Assembly: GCF_048259445.1 (NCBI RefSeq)
Contig: NZ_JBLXHQ010000005.1
Location: 84,933 to 148,932, forward strand
DNA from: Marinobacter sp.
Lineage (GTDB): Bacteria > Pseudomonadota > Gammaproteobacteria > Pseudomonadales > Oleiphilaceae
Reading direction: 5' to 3'
Length of the DNA: 64,000 nt
The notes under the pieces are model-generated. The model made no database searches, had not been told where the DNA came from, and was given only the letters and a program-made list of their open reading frames with translations. A program made the translations under genes and the position numbers. Within the stretch, counting starts at the first letter, position 1, and each line of letters begins with the position of its first letter. Below are positions 9,090 through 17,475 of this stretch, one piece after another.

Positions 9090-9695
9090 TCATAGAAGCT
9101 TGCTGTTGATGTCGGCCTTTTCCAGAGCCCGTTTCATTTTTACCCGGTATTTGTCGGGTGTTCCGCCATATTCATTCGCGAGGTCGACGTAACTCCAGCC
9201 GGAAAGTGACTGTTTTATAAGGGTAATATCCTCATAATTCAAACCTCTGCTGGAGAGTAGTGCATCAACCCGCTCAGCATCGAGCTGCGCTAGATTCATT
9301 TCCAGTTCCATGTGCTGATCCCAGAAATCTGAGCTGTCGGGTCGGTCAGAACCAAACACATGACGAGCCCTGCTGCCCAGTTTTCCCTTCTCGTTTTCAT
9401 GAGACCACCGCGTCAAACGTGTGTTGCAGTATGACTCAACAGCGGTATAGAGGTATTTCGATACTGGGTGTTTGAGTATCTCCTCATCAGGTACAGCTTC
9501 TTCGAGTTGAAGACCGGAAGTTTTGTTTTCACGCGCTTGAAACAGTGCTCGAATTGAATCTCCAAGCGCATCTTCCGCAACTTGCCGGACCTCAGATCCC
9601 AGGATATGCCCCAGTTTCTTTCTGGTAATCCGAAGTGCCATGGCTTTAACCCTGGGGTCTATCGCCACCCTTCCAATTTCGATATCAGTGAGCAT
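9090..9695 (-). CDS. Divergent sigma-70/ECF-like protein (region 2-like and region 4-like segments)
   Basis: AEDALGDSIRALFQ...YLYTAVESYCNTRLTRW resembles ECF region 2. LSGWSYVDLANEYGGTPDKYRVKMKRALEKA resembles a region 4 HTH. Strong SD (AAGGGGAGG) 7 nt before the ATG. Confidence 0.4.
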   Translation of the reverse strand: MLTDIEIGRVAIDPRVKAMALRITRKKLGHILGSEVRQVAEDALGDSIRALFQARENKTSGLQLEEAVPDEEILKHPVSKYLYTAVESYCNTRLTRWSHENEKGKLGSRARHVFGSDRPDSSDFWDQHMELEMNLAQLDAERVDALLSSRGLNYEDITLIKQSLSGWSYVDLANEYGGTPDKYRVKMKRALEKADINSKLL

Positions 9696-9752
9696 TTCGA
9701 ACCTCCCCTTTGTCGAACTTCAAGTCTCATTTAGAGAGCTAAAAACCCCAAA

Positions 9753-9772
9753 TTACAAAATGTTACAAAATA
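9753..9772 (+). repeat. Tandem decamers TTACAAAATG / TTACAAAATA in the putative right end (possible TnsB sites)
   Basis: Direct tandem repeat read in the sequence. The following AGTCTTAAA recalls the Tn7 TnsB-site core as I remember it. Confidence 0.35.
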
Positions 9773-9975
9773 GTCTTAAAGCAGATTTGAGAAAAATATC
9801 TGTTTTTTTAACAGATCCTTGTTCGGTTTTCCTCAACTAATTAGTTATTTACGAATAAGCGCCCCAACGTAAGATTTAATTTAATGGAAATTAAATAAGA
9901 AAAACAACGTGTTACCGAGTTGACGGGGATTTTTTTGCGGTATTGAATTACCCCCACTGATCAAGGAATAGCCAG

Positions 9976-10584
9976 ATGGAAAACCGAAAATTAGCAAAAC
10001 AGTCACCCTACAGAAATTCTTACATGAGCCGGGCTGTCAAAACGAATTGTGCGCTGGCCTTTGAGAGTGCACTGGAGCGGGATTATTTTCATCTGCTCGA
10101 ATTCGATGAACGGGTCAGCTTTTTTGAGGCGCAGCACGAGACTACTCATTATCAGCTCGGTGAAAAAGACGCGAGGTATACACCTGATTTCTTTGTTGTT
10201 CAGGATGGCGTTGCTTTCGTGGATGAGGTCAAACCTTTCTATAAGACACTCGATCCTGAATTTCAGAGAACAGTTCGCCGATTCACAAAGTTGTTCTTAG
10301 ACAAGGGATTTCACTACCGGGTTATTACAGAGAAAGAGATCTATTCCGGTGAAAGACACCACAATCTTCGGTTTTTACATCCCAAGCTTGGGGATGCACC
10401 TCCACATCAGGAATTTGAGCAGCTCTGCCAGACTCTGACTGAACGGCAATTTGTTGTTTCTGAACTTCAGGAAATTCTGCCACAGCATGGGCTTTCGCCT
10501 TGCCTGGTCAGTCGGGCTGTCGCTCATCGATTAATGCAAGCTGATCTGACGAATCATTGGCCTTCAATCGTTGCGCATTGGTAA
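9976..10584 (+). CDS. tnsA: TnsA-like transposition endonuclease
   Basis: ESALERDYFHLLEFD...YTPDFFVV...FVDEVKP gives the E...D...K restriction-endonuclease-like triad in TnsA order. Confidence 0.85.
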   Translation: MENRKLAKQSPYRNSYMSRAVKTNCALAFESALERDYFHLLEFDERVSFFEAQHETTHYQLGEKDARYTPDFFVVQDGVAFVDEVKPFYKTLDPEFQRTVRRFTKLFLDKGFHYRVITEKEIYSGERHHNLRFLHPKLGDAPPHQEFEQLCQTLTERQFVVSELQEILPQHGLSPCLVSRAVAHRLMQADLTNHWPSIVAHW

Positions 10585-12586
10585 CGAATTTAATCACCAA
10601 ATCAATTTAACTGTCAGGAGCAAACCTTTGATCAATCCATCGATTCACCAGCCAGGCACACGAGTCTCATTTCATGGCTTAAGTGGAACATTGACTCCAT
10701 TGGCCCAAAACATGATTGCGATTGTAATGGATCGAGATCCGGCGACGCCTGTCTGCATTTCGGTTGAGGAAGCTGAGAGGCGACTCCACAAAGAGTTGCT
10801 TTTTCTGACAACAAAGTCTCAAAACAATCTCATCGACATGGAGCTGAGCAGCAGGCAGCTTCTCTATCTTCAAAAGGTTAACGCGTATTTAGATCAGCTT
10901 TGGAAAGTCGTTCCAAAAGGTAAAACGGGCGGCGTTGCAAAGCGAGCAGCCGTGATCAAGTTTGTCAGTCAGTTGATCGGAGACAGCAACCCGCCTGACC
11001 CATCTACGCTCGCACGATGGGTGGCGACAGCCAATTCTCATAGCCAAGGCGTGCTTGCGACATTGCCATCCAATAATCGCGTTGGTGGCTCGAAATTTGG
11101 AGAAGATGTGAAGGACCTTTTTATTGCGGTCGTCAAGGAGCACTTCCTTAATTTACGTCGGCCACCAAGAACGAAAGCCTATGCGGTTTTCGTTGAGAGA
11201 CTAGAGCAAGAACTTAAGCGATCGGAAACATCTGAGATCCCGAACTATGGCACTTTTTGCAACTGGATCAAGAAACTTGATCCGTCAGAGGTTGCTGAAA
11301 AAAGGGTCGGGAAGCTTGCAGCAAAGTCACTGAGCCGCAACGCCTCTAAAAAGATCGTTTTGAACCGCATTCTTGAGCGGGTGGAAGTCGATGCTTTGAG
11401 AACTGGAGTTGCCGTTACTGATGAACAGAAACGATATCTTGGAAACGTAATTCTCTTTCTGGTGATTGATTGCTTTTCGAGGGCGATCCTCGGCTTTCAG
11501 CTTCAGATCGGAGGAGGTGAATTGGCGGCATCCGTCATTGACTCGTACAAGCACTCGTTAATGCCAAAGCATTCAGAAGAAGTGGACCCTTCAATCAAAA
11601 ACCCCTGGCCAATGTATGGTGTTCCTGAGCAGATTGTAAGTGATGGTGGCCCTGGTTATGCAGCTCTAAAAACGCAATCGTTTCTGCTTCATGCTGGTAT
11701 CGCTTCGACGATGGTCCAGACATATAGCGGCGAAAAGAAACCGTTCATTGAGAGTTTCAATAAAACGATTAGACTCCAATGCCTAACAGATATCCCAGGC
11801 TACACTCCGAAAAACCCGAAAGACCAGCCATTGGATGCAACGATCGGCCAACAGGCTGTCATTACTCTCGATACGCTGAAACGCAAAATCACGAAGTGGA
11901 TCGTGGACGATTATCATCAGGAGCCACATGACGGCCTCCTGGGTAGAACGCCATCTCAGGTATGGACAGAAAACGCAAAGCTTTTCCCACCCGCCGTGCC
12001 AGCAGGCCTGTTCTCACAGCTAAGCATGACCCATGGCGAAACCAAAACACCGAAAATCATGGGTCCGGATGGACACCTTGGCATCGTCGTCGAAAACGTT
12101 GAATACAACGATCACGGCAAAAGGTTGAAGTCCATTCATAATCAGCTCAAACAGCTTGGAGAAGAGCCACGCGTGACCTGTGAATACACGCCTAATGATA
12201 TTCATACAGCGACTGTTAGAGACCCCATTACTGAGGAGCGTTTTCAGGTCTTTGCGAAAGATCCCCGGATTCTGCCAGGCATGACTTCGGCGGAATGGAA
12301 CGCTATTCGTCTGGAAAATAAACCAAAACGACAGGTTAGACGATCGAGCCTGGCCAACGATCAAGAACTAGCGAAGGCACATAAGCAAAACAAAAAACAG
12401 ATTGCCGCCTCGAGCAAAAGGAAACAAGCCACGGCAAATCTCTCCGAGATCACTGAAGGCATGCGTGAGCTAGGCAATCTGAGACCGGAACAACCGACGG
12501 ATATCGCTGCGAGTGAAAGCTTCGGTACTGCTTTTGACCGCCTGTTTAATGATGATTCTGACGAAGAGGGCTTCGATTGTGTCTAA
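10571..12586 (+). CDS. tnsB: TnsB-like DDE (Mu/rve-type) transposase
   Basis: LVIDCFSRAILGF (D), VSDGGPGY (D), ESFNKTIR (E). The track start at 10571 is TTG. A TTG at 10628 has a better SD (AGGAG, 7-nt spacer). Confidence 0.9.
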   Translation: MRIGNEFNHQINLTVRSKPLINPSIHQPGTRVSFHGLSGTLTPLAQNMIAIVMDRDPATPVCISVEEAERRLHKELLFLTTKSQNNLIDMELSSRQLLYLQKVNAYLDQLWKVVPKGKTGGVAKRAAVIKFVSQLIGDSNPPDPSTLARWVATANSHSQGVLATLPSNNRVGGSKFGEDVKDLFIAVVKEHFLNLRRPPRTKAYAVFVERLEQELKRSETSEIPNYGTFCNWIKKLDPSEVAEKRVGKLAAKSLSRNASKKIVLNRILERVEVDALRTGVAVTDEQKRYLGNVILFLVIDCFSRAILGFQLQIGGGELAASVIDSYKHSLMPKHSEEVDPSIKNPWPMYGVPEQIVSDGGPGYAALKTQSFLLHAGIASTMVQTYSGEKKPFIESFNKTIRLQCLTDIPGYTPKNPKDQPLDATIGQQAVITLDTLKRKITKWIVDDYHQEPHDGLLGRTPSQVWTENAKLFPPAVPAGLFSQLSMTHGETKTPKIMGPDGHLGIVVENVEYNDHGKRLKSIHNQLKQLGEEPRVTCEYTPNDIHTATVRDPITEERFQVFAKDPRILPGMTSAEWNAIRLENKPKRQVRRSSLANDQELAKAHKQNKKQIAASSKRKQATANLSEITEGMRELGNLRPEQPTDIAASESFGTAFDRLFNDDSDEEGFDCV

Positions 12587-12590
12587 GTCA

Positions 12591-13550
12591 ATGAATACGG
12601 CCGAATTGGCTAATCTTTATGAGTCAATTGACGACGTTGGGCAGAAAGAGGTCACAAAACGAATTCAGGATGCGGCGATCCTGCATCCGGAGTTTAAAAA
12701 GGCTATGAGAGCGATCCGCTACGCGCACTCTATGCACGGCTCGAAAGAAGCTGGAATGATCCTGACGGGATTAACAGGCACAGGTAAGTCAACGGCCGTC
12801 CAGACCTATATCGACGCTTATTTGGCAAGCCGCCCCGACCTCGAAACCGATGAGCTTACGAAGCTTCCGATTTTGAAGGTCAAGCTTACAGGTCGCCCTA
12901 CCTATAAGGGACTGCATAAGCAGATTCTCCTGGCGGCGGATCACGTTAAGGTATCCGGTGACAGCACCGATCTCTACGAGTGCATTAAAACAATGGTTAC
13001 AGAACAAGGTGTGGAAATGCTCATTATTGATGAGTTCCAGCACCTCTTGAGTGAGCAAGCCCGTATCTCAACGAGAGATGTTCTGAACCTAATCAAAAAT
13101 CTTATGGATGATTGCAGATTCACGTGTTTGCTCGCAGGTCTACCAGAAGGATTAGAAGCTTTTGTAAAGCATGATGAGCTTCGCCAGCGCTTTGCAATGA
13201 ACCGGTTTCAACTCAATCCTTTTTCCATTAAGGATCAGGCCTCTATTCAGGAGTTCAAAAAGTATCTGGAGGTTTACGACAAAAAGCTCAAGGAAGAAGG
13301 CATTCGGAGTATTTCTCTAGCATCAAAGTTCATGCTTCCTCGAATCTACCTGGCAACACTTGGCCTACCTCGGGCCATCATTGGGCTTATTTCGAGCACA
13401 TTGGATCTCAACGACATTGGAGTGCCTCTTACAAAGCATCATTATGCGAAAGGCTACTCGCGTATTTTTCTTGACAATGATCTCACCTCAACATTCAACC
13501 CTTTCCTGTCTCAGGACGTCGCCGTTTTCAAAAGATTAGAGGAGCAATAA
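12591..13550 (+). CDS. tnsC: TnsC-like AAA+ ATPase
   Basis: GLTGTGKST (Walker A) and MLIIDEFQHL (Walker B). The ATG at 12591 lies just after the tnsB stop. Confidence 0.85.
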   Translation: MNTAELANLYESIDDVGQKEVTKRIQDAAILHPEFKKAMRAIRYAHSMHGSKEAGMILTGLTGTGKSTAVQTYIDAYLASRPDLETDELTKLPILKVKLTGRPTYKGLHKQILLAADHVKVSGDSTDLYECIKTMVTEQGVEMLIIDEFQHLLSEQARISTRDVLNLIKNLMDDCRFTCLLAGLPEGLEAFVKHDELRQRFAMNRFQLNPFSIKDQASIQEFKKYLEVYDKKLKEEGIRSISLASKFMLPRIYLATLGLPRAIIGLISSTLDLNDIGVPLTKHHYAKGYSRIFLDNDLTSTFNPFLSQDVAVFKRLEEQ

Positions 13551-15067
13551 TGCGATTCGGTGTCAGGCCCTTCCCTGAAGGCATGGAAAGTCTTGCCGGT
13601 TATTTAGTTCGTCTTGGAAGACGCAATGGACTCGCGTCGTTGCAAGAAGTCGTTGGGCTATGTGACTCCCGCTTGAGTGCAAAAGCTAGGCCGGATAAAT
13701 GGGGTGCCGGACATTGCAATAGGATTTGTGAGGGCTTGGCGCTTAGGTTGGGGCGGGACAGTAAGCAGATTATTGACCATTTCCAATATGAACTTGTGCT
13801 GGCACAATCTGTCGATCCGCTTCGAATGATCAAGAATTTGAAAACAGGCATGCCGCGCATTTGCACGTGCTGTACATCTAAAAACGGGTTTATGGATTGG
13901 CGATGGGGCCTTGGACACCTAGCCCACTGTCAGGAGCATGGTACGCCTCTCGTCGATTGTTGCCCGAGTTGTGGCAACGAATTGTCGTGGAAGCCAGAGC
14001 TGCTGGAACGCTGCCCTTCCTGCAAAATCACATGGAGTGAGGCTGCTCAAAAGAAACAACCCATTTCAAACCTGGAAATGACGCTATGGTCTGAGGCAGT
14101 TGATGGCCACCTGGGAGATGCCGAACTTCTCCGTGAGATTTCTTCATCGATGGTTCTGATGGCTCGCCCATTTGATTCAGCGCTAGACCCAATCAACGGA
14201 GTACCGCTGACCCCGAACCTCTGGCAGCTCACCGCCTCAGCGTATACCTTTCTCGCAGCTAAGAAGTACCAAAAGACGTTAATGAAGGAGAGGTCCAAAC
14301 GAAAGGCCTTGCCTGGCATCGCTAACGACCTGTCACAAAGGCTGTCTTTGATCCCCCCGATGAAAAGCGCCAACAAAAGGCTCCCCGTTTGCCCAGAAAC
14401 TGCACTTGAAATGCACGCTGAGAGCGGGCGGATGGAATTTGTCACCGCTAAAAGAAAGGCTATCAACGGAAACGGCTCAGACGCGGCGCTGGAAAACCAC
14501 ATTACCGCCTCTTCCCTATCTTCTGCGCTGGGTATTTCCATGAGGGAGTTGCGATGGAGCATTGAGGCTCAATGCATGACGGCCCTCAATGACACTCAAG
14601 TCATCAGACAGAAGGTTTTTGACATCCGGGATCTGGCAACCTTGCCGACGATCCAAGATGAAAAGCTCGAACACCAACCTACGACTATTGTGGAAATGAG
14701 TGATTTGAGGCTAGACCGGCACCTGACAGGCTTTGGGCGCTTGCTTGCAAAGGTCTGGGGCCGTGAGCTTTGCGGCTACTTGTTCTGGGACAATAACCTT
14801 CCAAAGATTGTAGTCGACGAGACACATTTCTTAGGGTGGTTAAGTGAAGAACTTGAGGTGCACTGCACTCAAAACGTCGAATGCTATCTAGCGATGGCGG
14901 CTTTGCACTGTGGCAAAAGTAAACTGATGTCCCTTGTCGCAGCCGGAGAACTCGAGTGCATTGACTGGGAAAGCGGAGGGCGAGATCAAATCACCGGGCG
15001 ATCATTTTTTTGCTACGTGCGAAAGCTGTACGCACTGGAGCCACCAGTCATCCCTGGGAATACCTGA
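13550..15067 (+). CDS. tniQ: TniQ/TnsD-like target-selection protein
   Basis: N-terminal PFPEGMESLAGYLVRLGRRNGL (TniQ signature) and a Cys4 zinc ribbon CPSCGNEL...CPSCK. The start overlaps the tnsC stop (TAATG). Confidence 0.8.
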   Translation: MRFGVRPFPEGMESLAGYLVRLGRRNGLASLQEVVGLCDSRLSAKARPDKWGAGHCNRICEGLALRLGRDSKQIIDHFQYELVLAQSVDPLRMIKNLKTGMPRICTCCTSKNGFMDWRWGLGHLAHCQEHGTPLVDCCPSCGNELSWKPELLERCPSCKITWSEAAQKKQPISNLEMTLWSEAVDGHLGDAELLREISSSMVLMARPFDSALDPINGVPLTPNLWQLTASAYTFLAAKKYQKTLMKERSKRKALPGIANDLSQRLSLIPPMKSANKRLPVCPETALEMHAESGRMEFVTAKRKAINGNGSDAALENHITASSLSSALGISMRELRWSIEAQCMTALNDTQVIRQKVFDIRDLATLPTIQDEKLEHQPTTIVEMSDLRLDRHLTGFGRLLAKVWGRELCGYLFWDNNLPKIVVDETHFLGWLSEELEVHCTQNVECYLAMAALHCGKSKLMSLVAAGELECIDWESGGRDQITGRSFFCYVRKLYALEPPVIPGNT

Positions 15068-15331
15068 AAACATTGGTTACTTAGAGAAGAGCGCAAAAGA
15101 TGCGAATATTTGGCTGCCAGGGCGATTGAGCGGGCCAGAACTAGCGCAGAGGTAGGTTATTACGATCTCTTAGGCGACCAAAACTCCCTATGCACACCGG
15201 CACCAAAGCGGCAGTCGCTCCGGCGGGGAAAGCGTAAGCTTCTGATACTAAATAACCTTCGGTCCAACCATCTCTTGCTCTCCCCGTGATTCGTTTTATA
15301 CGCTGACTCGTGGAACCTTACTTGCTATGAG

Positions 15332-15674
15332 CTACAGTACCACTGCCTTTAACCAATGTTCAAAAGAAGATCCTAGTGCGACCACACCATTACCCCAACC
15401 AGAAAGGAGCTGCCACCCGACGGCAAGGTAATACGGGTTGTATGGCGCTTCTCTACTTTCATACAGTTCACGATCACTCAGAGAAGTTGCCAATATCGGC
15501 TGGGTCAAGTTTCTCCATTTTCCGGAAGCCCTCCTTCCCAATCGCTTTGAGTCTTTCAGGGGCAACCCGAAACTTACCTCTAAGTGGAGTTTTTTTAGAA
15601 GCCACATTACGATTATCGTTTGGGATTTCCCGAACCAAATTTCTTTCTTTCATTGCCATCACCAACTCTGCCAT
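15332..15674 (-). pseudogene. Small hypothetical gene apparently split by a 1-nt frameshift
   Basis: The 66-aa ORF 15474-15674 ends at TGA. The adjacent frame continues as SDRELYESREAPYNPYYLAVGWQLLSGWGNGVV down to 15332. No family recognised. Confidence 0.25.
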
Positions 15675-16090
15675 ATCCCCGAGTATAGCTTAAAAATTAA
15701 CCTACTAGTCCAATTGGCAGAGCAAAAGTCGCATCGTAGTCTTGGGTTGAAGCGCGCTTGGCGAAAGTCAATTTGTTGGACGGACACTCAAGGCCAGTTG
15801 TAGCAATGCAATGATCGCCTTGATCACAAATATTCTGTGCGACACATGGATTGACGCTACTGCCTATCGCTGATAGATTCCAAACTCAACTTGATCACGG
15901 CCTTTAGGGTCTGATAGTGGCATTCACGAAAGATATCCCGTCCGGGGTTCTTCGAGGCTGGCAGCCTTTGTCGCTAGATGTCAGTGATAGCTGCATGGTG
16001 ATTGTAAATTGGGGATCAACCTTCAGGGTGGTCCGGTTCGTATTCGGGGAGCCATAGCCCGACATACGGCATCAATTTATAGGTGCCACC

Positions 16091-16486
16091 ATGCCCATCA
16101 AAAACGCACAGCGTACTGCTCCCGCTTACCGACACTACAAGCAAATTTCATACGAAAACCTAGCCGCTAGCTGGTTTACGGCTGATGGCTGGGAAGTGTT
16201 TATGCCAGTTACAGACCATGACCGGAAAACCGATCTTGTTGTGGCAGACGACAACCACTACTACCGCATACAAGTGAAGTCACTGGAAAGTGGTGATGAT
16301 AGCGTGTTCGTTGAGAATAAGTGGCGAGAGGCCAACATCGACTATGTTATCTACTTCTCGCGCACCTCCGATTGGGGCTATATCACTCCCGCCTTTTCAG
16401 AAGGTAGGCGCAAACTCAACTCTGCGGGCCATGTGCGCTTCCATCAACATCAGAAGCCCTTTGCGAAAGCGTTCGATAAAGCATGA
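16091..16486 (+). CDS. PD-(D/E)XK nuclease-fold protein (stand-alone, 131 aa)
   Basis: GWEVFMPVTDHDRKTDLVVADDNHYYRIQVKS fits the D...(D/E)-x-K arrangement (D-LVV ... IQVK). Confidence 0.45.
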   Translation: MPIKNAQRTAPAYRHYKQISYENLAASWFTADGWEVFMPVTDHDRKTDLVVADDNHYYRIQVKSLESGDDSVFVENKWREANIDYVIYFSRTSDWGYITPAFSEGRRKLNSAGHVRFHQHQKPFAKAFDKA

Positions 16487-16525
16487 GCTTTACCCGTTTG
16501 CTGTAAACAACTGTCAGGTCAGTCT

Positions 16526-16563
16526 GATCGGCGCTGCGTGTCCAGCGCCTGATCTTTGTTGTT
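16526..16563 (+). terminator. Intrinsic terminator after the nuclease-fold gene
   Basis: GATCGGCGCTG-cgtgtc-CAGCGCCTGATC stem with one bulge, followed by TTTGTTGTT. Confidence 0.5.
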
Positions 16564-16674
16564 CAGTTTCTTGACTGTCGGCCATCGACCAGGTCTTTAG
16601 GGTACAGCAACCTGATATAGCCTCTATCACTCCGAATTTTCCAGGTTATAACGGTTAGAAATTCTGGGCTTCCG

Positions 16675-16724
16675 CCCCCACCTAAGGGCGCGATAGTAGG
16701 TTCGAGTCCTGTCGGGGGACACCA
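16675..16724 (+). other. tRNA-like 3' fragment (T-arm GGTTCGAGTCC, G-rich acceptor-like strand, ACCA)
   Basis: The sequence reads CCCCCACCTAAGGGCGCGATAGTAGGTTCGAGTCCTGTCGGGGGACACCA. No matching 5' acceptor strand, D arm or anticodon arm lies upstream. Confidence 0.3.
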
Positions 16725-16743
16725 AATATTCTTTGAACACCCC

Positions 16744-17085
16744 TTAATGCCAACGGCTTGCCTGATATTCAACAAGCTCACTGTGATACAAAACGGTATC
16801 CAAATTGGTATTCAGCACCTCAAAGCTAGCTCCCAGCTTATCCAGTTCCTCAGCGATCTTGAGCAAGTCTGAGGTGGATCGTGCCAGCCGGTAGAGCTTA
16901 CAGACAACCAAGGTATCCCCCGGTCCTAGTACATGCTGCAAAGGGCCTTTGTAGCTCCGCCCGTGCAGATGTCTTACCGGACGCCTTCTCTGACTTGATC
17001 CTGTCACAACCGGCTTACCCCAACTGCGCTAACTGGGCCTCCAGGCTCTGGCCTGTGGTGCTTACTCTGCATACCCGCATCTCAT
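16744..17085 (-). pseudogene. Serine recombinase (resolvase/invertase) catalytic domain, multiply frameshifted and C-terminally truncated
   Basis: Pieces sit in three frames: MRCGYAE / VSTTGQSLEAQLAQLG / DRIKSEKASGKTSARAELQR / GDTLVVCKLYRLARSTSDLLKIAEELDKLGASFEVLNTNLDT. Similarity ends at about 16803. Confidence 0.7.
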
Positions 17086-17437
17086 TGGGCTGTCTCCACG
17101 CGTGGTTTGTTTACAAGATAGCTGTCCACACCGGTAAAGACACTCTAAGGTCACCTTATGACCCCTCCAGCCTGCCCACGTAGACCGTGGCCTGCATGAA
17201 CAAACAGGAAGCTGAAAACAAACAACAAAATTACATTACGAGATAATTATGAGTAAGCATGACCCGAAAACCCAAAACCACAACATATAGTGTCTGTGCA
17301 TTTTTCATGCAAGTCAGTAATTTTAAAAACAAATACGATATACAACTGATTTCCCATTGATTTTCTTTGCCAGAAACCACTTATCAATAGTTCCGCTTAA
17401 ATTCACAAGTCACTATATCCTGATAGACTAACCACAC

Positions 17438-17475
17438 ATAAAGAAAAACCCCGAAAGCATAAGCCTACGGGGTTT
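17438..17475 (-). terminator. Intrinsic terminator for a minus-strand transcript
   Basis: On the minus strand, AAACCCCG-taggcttatgctt-CGGGGTTT is followed by TTCTTTATG. Confidence 0.55.

Larger units (their letters stand above)
9711..16740 (+). mobile_element. Tn7-like transposon (tnsA-tnsB-tnsC-tniQ plus short cargo); termini tentative
   Basis: The core module is unambiguous. TGT at 9711 lies 265 nt before tnsA. The 6-mer CCCCTT directly flanks both 9711 (9705-9710) and ACA(C) at 16737-16740 (16740-16745), which fits a 5-bp target duplication. Terminal inverted-repeat similarity is weak. An alternative outer terminus exists at 18308. Confidence 0.4.

Noticed and set aside
12513-12590. Longer tnsC start at 12513 given in the ORF track
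   Set aside because: The extension overlaps the tnsB 3' end in another frame and encodes a hydrophobic segment foreign to TnsC. The ATG at 12591 follows the tnsB stop directly.
16640-16724. Possible complete tRNA gene ending in ACCA
   Set aside because: Only a T-arm-like hairpin and a G-rich 3' strand are present. I could not find a complementary 5' acceptor strand, D arm or anticodon arm at the right spacing, and the T-stem needs two G-U pairs. I treated it as a tRNA 3' fragment or mimic.
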